Source of the DNA: an uncultured bacterium
GTDB lineage: Bacteria > AUK180
Length of the DNA stretch: 40,351 nt
Reading direction: 5' to 3'
Assembly (NCBI GenBank): GCA_937863565.1
Contig: CALMGJ010000027.1
Location: forward strand, 1 to 40,351
Below, piece by piece: positions 1-9,993 of the stretch (within the stretch, counting starts at the first letter, position 1; the number at the start of each line of letters is the position of its first letter). Below the pieces are notes generated by a model that was not told where the DNA came from, did no database searches, and saw only the letters and a list, made by a program, of their open reading frames with translations. A program made the position numbers and the translations under genes.

Positions 1-1209
1 GCAGGCTACCGGGTGTTCCATGTTATGAATATTACCGACATAGACGATAAGATCATAAAAAGGTCCCTCGAATCCGGAACGGATTTCAGGGAGTTCACAA
101 AAAAGTTCGAAGAGAGGTTTCTGAAGGATTTCAAGGCAGTGAAATGCACCATGCCGGATATGCTTCCGCATGCCGTAACCGAGATCCCGGCTATGATCCC
201 GATCATTGAAAAACTGATAAACCGCGGCTATGCATATGAGAAGGACGGCTCGGTATATTTCGACATTTCCAAATTCCGGGGATACGGACGGCTCTCCAAA
301 CTCGACCGGCGCGAGATAAGATCCGGAGCGAGGGTGGATGTGGACAGTTACGAAAAGGACGACCCCACGGATTTTGCCCTCTGGAAAAGGTCCCGCGAAG
401 GGGAGCCTGCCTTCGATTCGCCTTTCGGCGCAGGCCGCCCCGGCTGGCATATAGAATGCACGGCCATGGGATACCGGTACCTCGGAGAGAGCTTCGACAT
501 CCATACGGGCGGCGTGGATCTCATCTTCCCTCACCATGAGAACGAGATCGCGCAAAGCGAAGCCTTCTGCGGGCATAAAACCGTCAACTACTGGGTACAT
601 ACGGAACACCTTTTCGCGGACGGGAAAAAAATGTCCAAATCACTGGGGAATTTTTACACTTTGGGTGACCTGCTTGCAAAGGGATTCTCACCGCAAGCAG
701 TAAGATATTGTTTCATATCCGCGCATTACAGAACGCAGATCAATTTCACCGTTGAAGGCCTCTCGGCCGCGGCGAACACCGTATCGAACGTGAACAATTT
801 CCTAAAGCGTGCAATGAGCGAAAAAGGCGGCGGTACGGATATCGCGTATGAAGTGATTGAAATGAAGAACGCTTTCTTCAACGCCCTTTTTAATGATATC
901 AATATTTCTGCCGCTCTTGCAGCGATGTCCGAGATCATCATTGCGGCAAATAAAACAGGACTTGGCAACCTAAGCAGGAACACTCTTGATGCCGTTATCG
1001 ATGCTTTCAGGGAATTCAACGGCGTCCTGGACGTTTTTGAATTCGAGGAAAAGATCCCCTCCGAGATCCTCGCCCTCGCCGAAAAAAGATGGGAAGCGAA
1101 GATGAAGAAGGATTTTACTGCTGCCGATGCCCTGCGGAAGGAGTTGGCCGGAAAGGGCTACACCGTCGAAGACAAGGCGGACGGATTCTATTTAAGAAGG
1201 TCGTCTTGA
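1..1209 (+). CDS. cysS: Cysteinyl-tRNA synthetase (5'-truncated by window edge)
   Basis: Frame open from base 1; motifs NITDIDDKII, DFALWK, GRPGWHIEC, DIHTGGVDLIFPHHENE, KMSKSLGN; C-terminal anticodon-binding helix (ADALRKEL). Confidence 0.98.
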   Translation, partial: AGYRVFHVMNITDIDDKIIKRSLESGTDFREFTKKFEERFLKDFKAVKCTMPDMLPHAVTEIPAMIPIIEKLINRGYAYEKDGSVYFDISKFRGYGRLSKLDRREIRSGARVDVDSYEKDDPTDFALWKRSREGEPAFDSPFGAGRPGWHIECTAMGYRYLGESFDIHTGGVDLIFPHHENEIAQSEAFCGHKTVNYWVHTEHLFADGKKMSKSLGNFYTLGDLLAKGFSPQAVRYCFISAHYRTQINFTVEGLSAAANTVSNVNNFLKRAMSEKGGGTDIAYEVIEMKNAFFNALFNDINISAALAAMSEIIIAANKTGLGNLSRNTLDAVIDAFREFNGVLDVFEFEEKIPSEILALAEKRWEAKMKKDFTAADALRKELAGKGYTVEDKADGFYLRRSS

Positions 1210-1991
1210 CATTGGCCGTTATAGTGGTCGCTTCAATATTCGCCGCCGCGGCTTTCTGGGGCTTCTTCATCGAACGCCACCGTCTCATTGAAAAGACATA
1301 CTACATAGACGGTCTTCCCGAAGAGATCATACTTATCGCCGATCTTCATTTAAGGTGCGAACTGAAACTTTTCGAAAAGGTGGCGGAAGCGATCATGAAA
1401 AACCCCGCCGGGATTCTGATATCGGCCGGAGACACTTTCGAGACGATAAAGGATTACAGGATCCTGAAAGCGTTCGCAGGCAAAGCGTGTTATTTCGTTC
1501 TGGGGAACAATGATTACGGGAACATCAATTCTTACGGGAGAGAGATGAAGATAAAGGCGCTTCTTAAGAAGTATGGAGTGAAAGTCCTGCAGAACGGGAG
1601 CGTTTCGGAAGACTCTCTTACCGTGATCGGCGTAGATGATCCTCATAAAAAGAAACAGAATATTGAAAAAGCATTCAGGGATATTCCTGAGGGGACTTTC
1701 AGACTTGCAGTCGTTCATTCACCCGAGGCGAACATGGAGATCCTGAAGATGTCCCCGGACCTCGTTTTCTACGGCCACACCCACGGCGGTCAGATCCGTG
1801 TTCCGTTCATCGGTTCCATTTTCGATAATACCGAGAAATGCCTTAAAACACCGCTCGGAGTTCATCGCATAGGGAATACCGTTTTCGTGCATTCATCGGG
1901 GATCGGCACTACACTTTTCCCTCTGAGGTTCCTGAATCCTCCTGAAATCATCTATCTGAAACCTTCTAAAAAAGAGATTCCTGGATCGTAG
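1206..1991 (+). CDS. Membrane-anchored metallophosphoesterase (YkuE/YaeI-like)
   Basis: ADLH, AGD, GNND, VHSP, GHTHGGQ motifs; N-terminal TM helix; TTG start at 1206 overlaps cysS stop (TTGA) with AAGAAGG upstream, preferred over ATG 1089. Confidence 0.88.
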   Translation: MTLAVIVVASIFAAAAFWGFFIERHRLIEKTYYIDGLPEEIILIADLHLRCELKLFEKVAEAIMKNPAGILISAGDTFETIKDYRILKAFAGKACYFVLGNNDYGNINSYGREMKIKALLKKYGVKVLQNGSVSEDSLTVIGVDDPHKKKQNIEKAFRDIPEGTFRLAVVHSPEANMEILKMSPDLVFYGHTHGGQIRVPFIGSIFDNTEKCLKTPLGVHRIGNTVFVHSSGIGTTLFPLRFLNPPEIIYLKPSKKEIPGS

Positions 1992-2775
1992 GATTATTCT
2001 TGAGTATCCCAAGCGAATTGCCGAGCTGGAGCGCGTTCTTCACGGCCTTTGCCTGATAATGATTGTTAAAAAAAATGTAGACCTCGGCTCCCGGCTTGTC
2101 TTTAACGGATTTTTCGATCCTGTCCTTGATGCCCCGGATCTCCTCTTCCGAATAATAATAATCATACCTCTCGTGAGGTTCCCGGTAATTCCACCATTTC
2201 TCTGCAGCTCTACCATGCATCCGGAAATAGATCATGTCGGATGTGACCAGCTCGAGAGGGGGGAACAATTCATCGACGGGGGGAATATCCACATTAACGA
2301 CGGATACGCTTTTCTCTGAACAGTATTTGAGAACAAGCTCATTGTTCCACGAATGATGCCTGAACTCGACAGCCTGTTTAACCGGAAGATGCGTGACCAG
2401 TTTATCCAGATACTTCATACTGTCCTTATTGTATTTGAAAGAGAACGGGAATTGAAGCAGTATGCCTCCGTAATAGGGGGTCTTCACCATCTGTTTAAGG
2501 GAAGCATTGAAGGCGCGTATATCGTCGTTCACGGTCCTGTCTTGGACATGAGTTATATTCTGGTTGACCTTAATGAAGAACTTGAAATTCGGAGGAACAC
2601 GGGCTGTCATCTTCATGAAAAAGTCGGGAGGAAATATCCTGTAGAACGTTGAATTGATCTCTACGCTATTGAAATATTTAGCGTAATAGGAAAGGAAATC
2701 AGCGTTCCCGGCCGGATAGAAAGTATGGACCCATGAATCGTAATGATAACCGGAAGTGCCGAGATAAAAAGTCAT
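1966..2775 (-). CDS. DUF72 (YecE-like) TIM-barrel protein
   Basis: GTSGYHY..W, SVEINSTFY, LLQFP.SF, AVEFRH.SW, YFRMHGR, RYDY.YS, FFNNH...AVKNA. Confidence 0.93.
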   Translation of the reverse strand: MTFYLGTSGYHYDSWVHTFYPAGNADFLSYYAKYFNSVEINSTFYRIFPPDFFMKMTARVPPNFKFFIKVNQNITHVQDRTVNDDIRAFNASLKQMVKTPYYGGILLQFPFSFKYNKDSMKYLDKLVTHLPVKQAVEFRHHSWNNELVLKYCSEKSVSVVNVDIPPVDELFPPLELVTSDMIYFRMHGRAAEKWWNYREPHERYDYYYSEEEIRGIKDRIEKSVKDKPGAEVYIFFNNHYQAKAVKNALQLGNSLGILKNNPTIQESLF

Positions 2776-2791
2776 TTAATGTCAGTAGCTT

Positions 2792-3700
2792 TTATTTATC
2801 TCCCTTCTCAAAAAGAGTTTTAACCTGCGCGAGACTGCCGAGTATTCCGGACGATTCATAAGGCACGATCATCTTAGTGGCCTGCCCGTCTGCCATCTTC
2901 TGAAGCGTTTCAAGGTATTTGATCGCTATCAGGTCATTTGTGGGATTGCCTTCATGTATGGCCTTGAAAACGGCTATCAAAGCTTCCGCCTCGCCTGTGG
3001 CCAGTGCGACCTTCTCATATTTATGGGCGTCCGCTACTTTCTTGATCGCTTCGGCCTGACCTTCCGAAGAAAGGATGGCGGCCTTCTTCTCGCCTTCCGC
3101 CTTTTCGATAGCGGACTGTCTCTGACCTTCGGCGTCGAGTATCATCGCTCTTTTCAGCCTTTCCGCTTTCATCTGTCTGTGCATCGCTTCTGTGACGTCT
3201 GCCGGCGGCTCTATTCTCTGGATCTCGACCCTGTTGACCCTTACGCCCCAGACATCGGTAGCCTCATCGAGTATCTTCCTCAATTCGGAGTTTATTCGCT
3301 CCCTTGAAGTAAGAGTCTCGTCAAGTGCGAGCATACCGATGAGGTTCCTCAAGTTTGTCTGCGCGAGCTTCGTTATGGCGAAATTGTAATTCTGGATATT
3401 GTAAACGGCCTTGAAAGGATCTGTCACCTGATGATAAATAACGGCGTCCACCGTGACCACGACATTGTCTTTCGTGATAACATCTTGTGGAGGAACATCG
3501 ACCACTTTCTCGCGGATATCTGCGACGATCACCCTGTCGAAAAAGGGAATAATGATATTAATGCCTGCGTTAAGTATGCGCTGGAACCTGCCAAGCCTTT
3601 CGAGCACGCCCTTTTCGGTGGGGCGGATCTTCTTAATGGCATTGCCGAAGAAGATAAGCGCAAAAACAAAAATAATGATGTAAACGATGGGCGGTAGCAT
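2792..3700 (-). CDS. SPFH/band 7 (stomatin/QmcA-like) membrane protein
   Basis: ERLGRF, PPQDVITKDNVVVTVDAV, AQTNLRNLIG...LDETLTSRERIN, QMKAER..RA coiled coil. Confidence 0.95.
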   Translation of the reverse strand: MLPPIVYIIIFVFALIFFGNAIKKIRPTEKGVLERLGRFQRILNAGINIIIPFFDRVIVADIREKVVDVPPQDVITKDNVVVTVDAVIYHQVTDPFKAVYNIQNYNFAITKLAQTNLRNLIGMLALDETLTSRERINSELRKILDEATDVWGVRVNRVEIQRIEPPADVTEAMHRQMKAERLKRAMILDAEGQRQSAIEKAEGEKKAAILSSEGQAEAIKKVADAHKYEKVALATGEAEALIAVFKAIHEGNPTNDLIAIKYLETLQKMADGQATKMIVPYESSGILGSLAQVKTLFEKGDK

Positions 3701-3701
3701 A

Positions 3702-4127
3702 TCACACCTCCTTCTTTATTTTAAGATGAGTGCCGGAGAGTTCGGTTGAAACGATCTTGTCTCCGATCTGGAATGTGTCCCCGTCCTTCTCGGGAAGGCA
3801 TCTCCAGGTCTCCGTTTGAAATTTGGCCATATAAGCGCCATCCAGCACTTCAATGATGATGCCGTTGCGGCCCACCATCTGCTCGCCGGCCACTTTTACG
3901 TTCTCGCCTTTGGAAATTTTATTCGCGAATCTCCGGGAGAAGAACGCAAGGATCGAGGAAGAGATCACGAAAATGGCCCATTGCCAGACTGCCGAAGTAA
4001 CGCCCAGTTTGAGGGCTACGAAAGCCAGGGCGGCGCCGATACCGAACCAGAAAACAAAAAATCCGGCGGTAAAGATCTCCAGCACGAAAAAAAATACTGC
4101 CAATATGATCCAGAACAGCCAAGGCAT
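3702..4127 (-). CDS. NfeD-family (YbbJ-like) membrane protein, partner of SPFH protein
   Basis: Hydrophobic N-terminus (LEIFTAGFFVFWFGIGA), C-terminal OB fold (VGRNG..ETWRC); AGGAGG SD upstream of ATG 4127; canonical nfeD-SPFH pair. Confidence 0.9.
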   Translation of the reverse strand: MPWLFWIILAVFFFVLEIFTAGFFVFWFGIGAALAFVALKLGVTSAVWQWAIFVISSSILAFFSRRFANKISKGENVKVAGEQMVGRNGIIIEVLDGAYMAKFQTETWRCLPEKDGDTFQIGDKIVSTELSGTHLKIKKEV

Positions 4128-4158
4128 ATTACCCTCCTGTATACCATACTTTATTGAA

Positions 4159-4186
4159 ATTATAAACTTTTTTGCGGAAAAGTCAA
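4159..4186 (-). promoter_or_regulatory. Sigma70-type promoter for nfeD-SPFH-DUF72
   Basis: Minus strand TTGACT-16 nt-TATAAT. Confidence 0.6.
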
Positions 4187-4205
4187 TACTTTGCGTTAAA
4201 ATGAA

Positions 4206-4234
4206 TTGCAAACGCTCTTTGAAAGACATATAAT
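4206..4234 (+). promoter_or_regulatory. Sigma70-type promoter, probably leaderless, for TPR gene
   Basis: TTGCAA-17 nt-TATAAT, ATG 5 nt downstream, no SD. Confidence 0.65.
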
Positions 4235-4239
4235 ATTAT

Positions 4240-5274
4240 ATGGGAAAAAAGGAAGCCGGCTTTACAGCGCTGTTCATTTCTGCGCTTCGTATGAGAAGTG
4301 AAGTGCTGAATCTGATCGGCAGGAACCGGGAAGCTCTTGCAAGTATAAAGGACGCTCTATTTCAGGCTTCGCAGATCGAAGATGCGCTTTCTCTCGGAGA
4401 ATGCCTAATAATGGAAAGCAATATATACGGATCCCTCGGCGACAGAAGCGCAATGAAAAACGCTGCCGAAAAAGGCTTGGCCGCTTTCGCCAAGGCCGGG
4501 GATGAGAATGGCAAAGCGCGTTGCCTCAATAATCTCGGTTATATAGCGGGTGCCTCGGGTGACTGGAAGGCGGCTATATCACTGTATTCAGAGGCTTTGC
4601 GCCTCAAGTCCTACGAGGGAGATCTTTACGGCCAGGCGGTGACATTGAACAATATGGGGAAGCAGTATTCCCTGCTTCAAGAGAAGGAAAAGGCGATGGA
4701 GCATTATCAAAGGTCGCTGGACATACTGAAAAAAATAAATTCCCTGAATGGGCAGGCCGCCTGTCTCAACAATATAGGAAATCTCCACAGTTCTTCGGGC
4801 CGGCTTGAGGATGCGCTCGAATGCTTTCGTGAAGCATATGGTATAAGAAAGATCTCCGGCGATGTGCAGGGGCAATCGACCGCATTGAATAATATCGGGA
4901 GCATATATCAGAAAAAGAGTATGCCCTCAAAGGCTATCATCTATCTTAGAAAGGCGTGCATTCTCAGCAGGAGTATAGGCGATCTTCTTGCGGAAGCCAA
5001 TGCGGTGAACAATATAGGCGCCATACACAGGGCCGATAAAAAATGGAGATCCGCGCTCGAACACTTCAAAAGGGCATTTGATATCTGCAGAAAGATCGGA
5101 GAGGCATACGGGGCCGTGTTCAGCGGAGTAAATGCCGGTTCCGCGCTCTTTGCGATGGGAGAGGGGGAGAAGGCAGAGGAATATTTTACCGACGCTCTTG
5201 AAATAGCTAGAAAGACCGGCAATCCACGTTTGGAAAAGGACTGCCTTGCCGTGATAGATAAGATAAAGAAATAA
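4240..5274 (+). CDS. Tetratricopeptide-repeat protein
   Basis: About 40-aa repeats A..LNNIG..Y...G....A...Y..AL.I. Confidence 0.9.
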   Translation: MGKKEAGFTALFISALRMRSEVLNLIGRNREALASIKDALFQASQIEDALSLGECLIMESNIYGSLGDRSAMKNAAEKGLAAFAKAGDENGKARCLNNLGYIAGASGDWKAAISLYSEALRLKSYEGDLYGQAVTLNNMGKQYSLLQEKEKAMEHYQRSLDILKKINSLNGQAACLNNIGNLHSSSGRLEDALECFREAYGIRKISGDVQGQSTALNNIGSIYQKKSMPSKAIIYLRKACILSRSIGDLLAEANAVNNIGAIHRADKKWRSALEHFKRAFDICRKIGEAYGAVFSGVNAGSALFAMGEGEKAEEYFTDALEIARKTGNPRLEKDCLAVIDKIKK

Positions 5275-5343
5275 AGCCGGTTCCCGATATTGGATCCCCT
5301 TTTGGATATATGGCGTTCCGCCTGCGTTTTACAAAGAAAAAGA

Positions 5344-5372
5344 TTGATAAATCCCAGCAAAAAACATAAAAT
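5344..5372 (+). promoter_or_regulatory. Sigma70-type promoter, probably leaderless, for secreted nuclease
   Basis: TTGATA-17 nt-TAAAAT, ATG 5 nt downstream, no SD. Confidence 0.65.
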
Positions 5373-5377
5373 AGAAC

Positions 5378-7087
5378 ATGAAAAGATCGATGTTGGCCTT
5401 TTTTCTTCTCCCTATTATCATTTTCGCCTCCATACCTCCGGGATATTACGATACCGCTACCGGAACGGGAGAGGCATTAAAAACCCAACTTTACAATATC
5501 ATCAAGGGCCACACATCGAAATCATACGATTATCTGTGGACGGCATTCCAGACAACGGATAAAAAATCCAACGGCAAGGTCTGGGACATGTACTCCGATG
5601 TCCCCGGCGGAACCCCGCCTTACGAGTACACGTTCGTTACGGATCAGTGCGGGAACTACGGCGGAGAAGGAGAGTGCTACAACAGGGAGCATTCTTTCCC
5701 GAAGAGCTGGTTCAATGATGCTTCACCGATGTATACGGACCTCTTCCATCTATATCCTACCGACGGATACGTGAACGGTCAGCGCAGCAATTACCCCTTC
5801 GGTGACGTCGGAAGCGCCTACTGGACATCACAGAACGGTTCCAAGGTAGGCACATGCTCCGATCCGGGATATTCCGGAACGGTCTTCGAACCGCGGGACG
5901 ATTTCAAGGGTGATTTCGCGAGGACATATTTCTATATGGCGACAAGATACGAAAATGTGATCGCATCTTGGGAAACATATGACAGCAACGGTGACGCCGT
6001 TCTCGACGGCACCTCATATCCTTGTTTTGAACAATGGGCGATCGATATGCTCCTGGCCTGGCACACGGCTGACCCCGTAAGTGCAAAGGAGACGGCCCGC
6101 AATGATGCCGTGCACCTGATACAGGGGAACCGCAATCCATATATCGATCATCCCGAATGGGTTCAAGCCGTATGGGGCACTCCCGAAGAGGACACGGCCC
6201 CGCCTTCCTTTGCGGGTCTCAAGAGCATTACGGGGAATTCCGCGGCCGCTACGATCACCCTGGCCTGGGACGCGGGAAGCGACGCCTCCCTGCCTCTTAC
6301 ATATCTGATATTCAGATCGGGCACGAGCATGAGCTATAATTTTTCTTCCCCGTATGCCACGACCCAGAACCTTTTTTATTCGAACAGCTCGCTTCTTCCG
6401 GACACGACATATTACTATATAGTCAGAGCCAGAGATGCTTCAGTGAACCTCAATACCGATACAAATACTAAGGAATTTTCTCTTTATCTCGAAGAGCCTC
6501 CGCCGGATAATGAACCCCCGGTCTTTGCCGGGATAAAATCTATAACGGGCGACAATGCTTTAAAAGAGATAACGGTCTTTTGGGATTCCGCTGCCGATGC
6601 CTCCGCTCCGGTGACGTACCTCGTATTCAGGTCCACCGCCAGCATGGCATATGATTTTCTTTCCGCGTTCACTGAAACGCAGGCATTGTCCTATACGGAT
6701 ACCGTGCTTACGGAAGGAGTCACTTATTATTATATCGTGCGTGCAAGGGATTCATCTTTTGCCCAGAACACCGACTCCAATAATGTTGAGTTCTACTTTC
6801 ATATCATACAGCCGGCCACGGAATTCGCTGATGCGAATATCCTTCTGTATCCCAATCCCTATACATATGCTTTCGATTACCTCTATTTAGGCACGCCTGT
6901 CGAACTTGATTCCGCCGTACTTTATTCTGCGGACGGATTGAAAACGGCCAAGCTGGACCTTTCAATCCGGGATGAAGTCTTGAAGACTTATTCCGTTGAT
7001 CTTCCCAAGATCAAAAGCGGAGTGTATTTCCTCGTTTTAAGTTCGGGTAAAGAAGCGAGGATATTCAAACTCTGCGTGATCCGGTAA
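5378..7087 (+). CDS. Secreted endonuclease I/Bsn-family nuclease with two FN3-like domains and a T9SS-like C-terminal domain
   Basis: Signal peptide; NREHSFPKSWF, DLFHLYPTDGYVNGQRSN, FKGDFAR.YFYM, QGNRNPYIDHPEW; tandem ~100-aa repeats with TYYYIVRARD; tail LYPNP...SGVYF...KLCVIR. Confidence 0.92.
   Translation: MKRSMLAFFLLPIIIFASIPPGYYDTATGTGEALKTQLYNIIKGHTSKSYDYLWTAFQTTDKKSNGKVWDMYSDVPGGTPPYEYTFVTDQCGNYGGEGECYNREHSFPKSWFNDASPMYTDLFHLYPTDGYVNGQRSNYPFGDVGSAYWTSQNGSKVGTCSDPGYSGTVFEPRDDFKGDFARTYFYMATRYENVIASWETYDSNGDAVLDGTSYPCFEQWAIDMLLAWHTADPVSAKETARNDAVHLIQGNRNPYIDHPEWVQAVWGTPEEDTAPPSFAGLKSITGNSAAATITLAWDAGSDASLPLTYLIFRSGTSMSYNFSSPYATTQNLFYSNSSLLPDTTYYYIVRARDASVNLNTDTNTKEFSLYLEEPPPDNEPPVFAGIKSITGDNALKEITVFWDSAADASAPVTYLVFRSTASMAYDFLSAFTETQALSYTDTVLTEGVTYYYIVRARDSSFAQNTDSNNVEFYFHIIQPATEFADANILLYPNPYTYAFDYLYLGTPVELDSAVLYSADGLKTAKLDLSIRDEVLKTYSVDLPKIKSGVYFLVLSSGKEARIFKLCVIR
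6191..6804 (+). repeat. Intragenic tandem duplication of FN3-like domain
   Basis: DTAPPSFAGLKSITG...TYYYIVRARD..NTDTN (~6191-6489) vs DNEPPVFAGIKSITG...TYYYIVRARD..NTDSN (~6506-6804). Confidence 0.85.
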
Positions 7088-7117
7088 AAAAACTGTTTTA
7101 CGGCCTTTGTTCAGAGA

Positions 7118-8734
7118 TCAGAGATTTACATTATAATCCTTGGGGAACTCGATCACATATTCATTCTTGAATTTGACCTCGGCTTTGCCTTTGATATCTA
7201 TCGTCCACTTCACTATGCCGGTCTTATCATCCTTCTCAAATCCTTCGGGAATCAGTTTTATATCGTTCACTTTGATCTTCGAATCGTTCGAGACGGGTAT
7301 CCTGTCGATCACGACGATCTTGTAAGCGTCCGAGGTCAGGTTCTTCGCGGAGAGCGAATATTCGAATTCGTATTTTTTATTACCCCCGAGAATACCGGGC
7401 GCGATATATTTCCTCTTTTCGAGCTTGAAATCGACCTTCACATAGTTGACCGGCCCGAGATCAAGCGTATATTCCTCACCGGGCAGCACCTGCGATATCT
7501 CGAAATCGCCGATGAAGCTTGTTCCGTAGAATACGGATACTTTTCCCGGAAGGATCGGAGCCTTGCCTTCGTTCTTTGTTTTTATCTGGGCATAGACCTT
7601 CTTCTCCATTCTCGGTACGGCGGTGAAGATATTCTCTCCTTTCACTTCCTGCGTGATCAGATAGATCGTGCGCTCCTCATTACCGGAAGGAACCGTGGCG
7701 GCCATTTTTGCTCTATATTCCACTGAATAAGCGTTCTCTTCGACCTCGGCCGGAGGTTCGTAATCATATGCCGTGGGAGCTTCGTCCAATGCTCCGGCTT
7801 TCAATTCCTCCTTCGCCATCGAAGGCGCCAAAGCCCTTTTCGCCATCTTGGGTTTGGGCTGATAGGAATAATTATACAGGTAATACGGTGCGAGTATCGG
7901 CGCCTTCACGCCGAATCTGGGCACCGATGTGGAAAGGGTAAGATTAACATCGTTCCAGTTCTCTCCGGTGTTCTGTGAGACCGAAGCATAGTATTCCATA
8001 TTGATCTTTGCCTTGTCCTCGGTGAGGTATACCCTGTAAGTCGGGCTCCAGTAAGCATTGTAAGCGATGTACTTAACGGAGAAGGAATAGGTCCTGGCCG
8101 AATCCGATCTTCCTTTGATGTAGATCCTTCTCTCCTCCTTCCCGCGGCTCGTGATCTCGGAGAGGAGCTTGTTCTGATAATCGATATCTTCACGGAGTTT
8201 CCCGATCTTTATCTGGTTGTCGTACATCACATCCATCGTTTTCGCCAGTTCTCTCGTAATAAAAGAAAGCGTCTTGCCGAGCGCTTCGATATTGAGGACG
8301 GACTGCGAGAACTGCTTCTGCGTATCGCTCTCGACCTTCGCTTTGATAGATTTCAGTGTATCGATCTGGTTTTGAAGCGCCGTGTTCTGATTGTTCAGCG
8401 ATTGGACCTGCCTTTGAAGTTCGGCTATCTTCCTTTTGATCTCGTCCGCATTGCGGTTCGTCTCCTCCTTCAGATAGATCGTCTTATAAACGATATTGGC
8501 AAGTTTGATACCTGTGCCTTCCACATCGACATTTATGGAATTCTGGTCTATTGAAGAAGGAAGCGCTCCGATATAGATCTCGAAAACGCCCTGCTCCAGG
8601 GCCACGGTGCCGTTCCTCTCAACGAGCGCGCGGTCATTATAGACGGTAACGCTCCCGATCTTCGAAGGAAGTTCCTTGAGCGCGCTCAAAGGCATAAAAA
8701 CGCAAAGCAGTGCGATAACGATGAATTTTCTCAT
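7118..8734 (-). CDS. MuiA-like exported protein (DUF4140 + DUF4139)
   Basis: Signal peptide; I.SVTVYNDRALVER, coiled coil, A.WSPTY, VSQNTGENWNDV.LTLSTS.P, ILPG.VSVF, V.DRIPVS. Confidence 0.9.
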   Translation of the reverse strand: MRKFIVIALLCVFMPLSALKELPSKIGSVTVYNDRALVERNGTVALEQGVFEIYIGALPSSIDQNSINVDVEGTGIKLANIVYKTIYLKEETNRNADEIKRKIAELQRQVQSLNNQNTALQNQIDTLKSIKAKVESDTQKQFSQSVLNIEALGKTLSFITRELAKTMDVMYDNQIKIGKLREDIDYQNKLLSEITSRGKEERRIYIKGRSDSARTYSFSVKYIAYNAYWSPTYRVYLTEDKAKINMEYYASVSQNTGENWNDVNLTLSTSVPRFGVKAPILAPYYLYNYSYQPKPKMAKRALAPSMAKEELKAGALDEAPTAYDYEPPAEVEENAYSVEYRAKMAATVPSGNEERTIYLITQEVKGENIFTAVPRMEKKVYAQIKTKNEGKAPILPGKVSVFYGTSFIGDFEISQVLPGEEYTLDLGPVNYVKVDFKLEKRKYIAPGILGGNKKYEFEYSLSAKNLTSDAYKIVVIDRIPVSNDSKIKVNDIKLIPEGFEKDDKTGIVKWTIDIKGKAEVKFKNEYVIEFPKDYNVNL

Positions 8735-9168
8735 TCGAACTCTCCCGGATATTCCTCGCGGAGCATCCTTAAATACTTTTTCTTCTGGGCGATCCCCCTG
8801 AAAAGATCGTATAAACCGAAAATGACCGCACCCCAGAAGAGGTAGTATGTTCCCCCTCCGGAGTTAGAAGCTGCAGCGGAATAAGAGACTACGGTGGCCA
8901 CGATGCCTCCCACCGTCCAGAGTATGCCTCCCGTGATGAGCTTTTTCCCGCCCTTCAGCATCTCCAGCTTGTATTCTTTCGTCTCTTTGTAGGCTATTAT
9001 CGACTTTTCGGTCTCTTCCACATAGCGCATCGCCTCGTCGATCTCCACCTTGGTCTTCTTCGCGACATATTTCGCTATCGATTCCTTCTTCACCTTCTTC
9101 TCGAGCTGATAAGTTACATAGGTCAGAAGCTCCTGCGCCGCGCGCTGTTCCTTCTCCGCTTGATCCAT
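8731..9168 (-). CDS. Hypothetical two-TM membrane protein
   Basis: AGGAGG SD; TM segments GGILWTVGGIVATV and YYLFWGAVIFG; ATGA overlap with next gene. Confidence 0.8.
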   Translation of the reverse strand: MDQAEKEQRAAQELLTYVTYQLEKKVKKESIAKYVAKKTKVEIDEAMRYVEETEKSIIAYKETKEYKLEMLKGGKKLITGGILWTVGGIVATVVSYSAAASNSGGGTYYLFWGAVIFGLYDLFRGIAQKKKYLRMLREEYPGEFE

Positions 9169-9177
9169 ATTTCCTCC

Positions 9178-9987
9178 TTATATTTTTCGCGCTTTAAGCG
9201 TGAACATGAGGGGAACATATCCCGATGTCCCGCTCTTAAAATGCCAGAAACCGTCTTTTCCCTTCTTCATTCCCTTGAAGCGTTTGAAAAAAAGAAAAGG
9301 GTATTCCTCGAACCGCTCTATCCTGAGATCCGCTCCGATAAGCGAATTCACGATATCGCCGGCCGTCCACTGCCACTCGTATGAGGGCGATCTCACACGG
9401 TAGGACGGATCTGAATAATCCGCATCCCAATCATCAAAGCGGAGCGGTCCCGGCTTGAAATAATCGTATTCGACCCTGATGCCTTTACCTCCGCTCTCGA
9501 AAATGCATGAGAAAGGATGCCCCTCCATGATATAGAACATTCCTCCCTTTTCAAGGTAACGGCTTATGATCCTTCCCCATTCTTTAATATCCTTGAGCCA
9601 GCACAGTACGCCCTGGCCCGTATAAACGATATCGTATCCGGCTTTGAGCTTTCCTTCAAGACGGTAAATATCGGAACAGATGAAGCGCGCGTCAAGCCCC
9701 GATCTTTTTTTCAGCTTTTCCGCGAATTCTATGGACCGGGGTGAAATGTCGATCCCCGTGACATCGGCTCCGAGCCGCGCTAGCGAAAGCGTGTCCAGGC
9801 CGATATGGCACTGAAGATGAAGCACCTTTTTTCCCTTTATGCTCCCCAGATCCTTCATCTGGATAGCGTCAAGGGAAGAATGCCCGGAAAGGAATCCCTT
9901 GATATCGTATGAACGGAAATGAACGGGTGCGAGTTCATCCCACAGTTCCCTGTTATTTAAAGTATATCTGTCCGCTTCTCTGTCCAT
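9178..9987 (-). CDS. Class I SAM-dependent methyltransferase
   Basis: VLHLQCHIGLDTLSLARLGADVTGIDIS, YDIVYT..GVLCWL. Confidence 0.92.
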   Translation of the reverse strand: MDREADRYTLNNRELWDELAPVHFRSYDIKGFLSGHSSLDAIQMKDLGSIKGKKVLHLQCHIGLDTLSLARLGADVTGIDISPRSIEFAEKLKKRSGLDARFICSDIYRLEGKLKAGYDIVYTGQGVLCWLKDIKEWGRIISRYLEKGGMFYIMEGHPFSCIFESGGKGIRVEYDYFKPGPLRFDDWDADYSDPSYRVRSPSYEWQWTAGDIVNSLIGADLRIERFEEYPFLFFKRFKGMKKGKDGFWHFKSGTSGYVPLMFTLKARKI

Positions 9988-9993
9988 ATACGG

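Noticed and set aside
1089-1205. 121-nt overlap of metallophosphoesterase with cysS
   Set aside because: TTG at 1206 with SD and TTGA coupling gives a normal start
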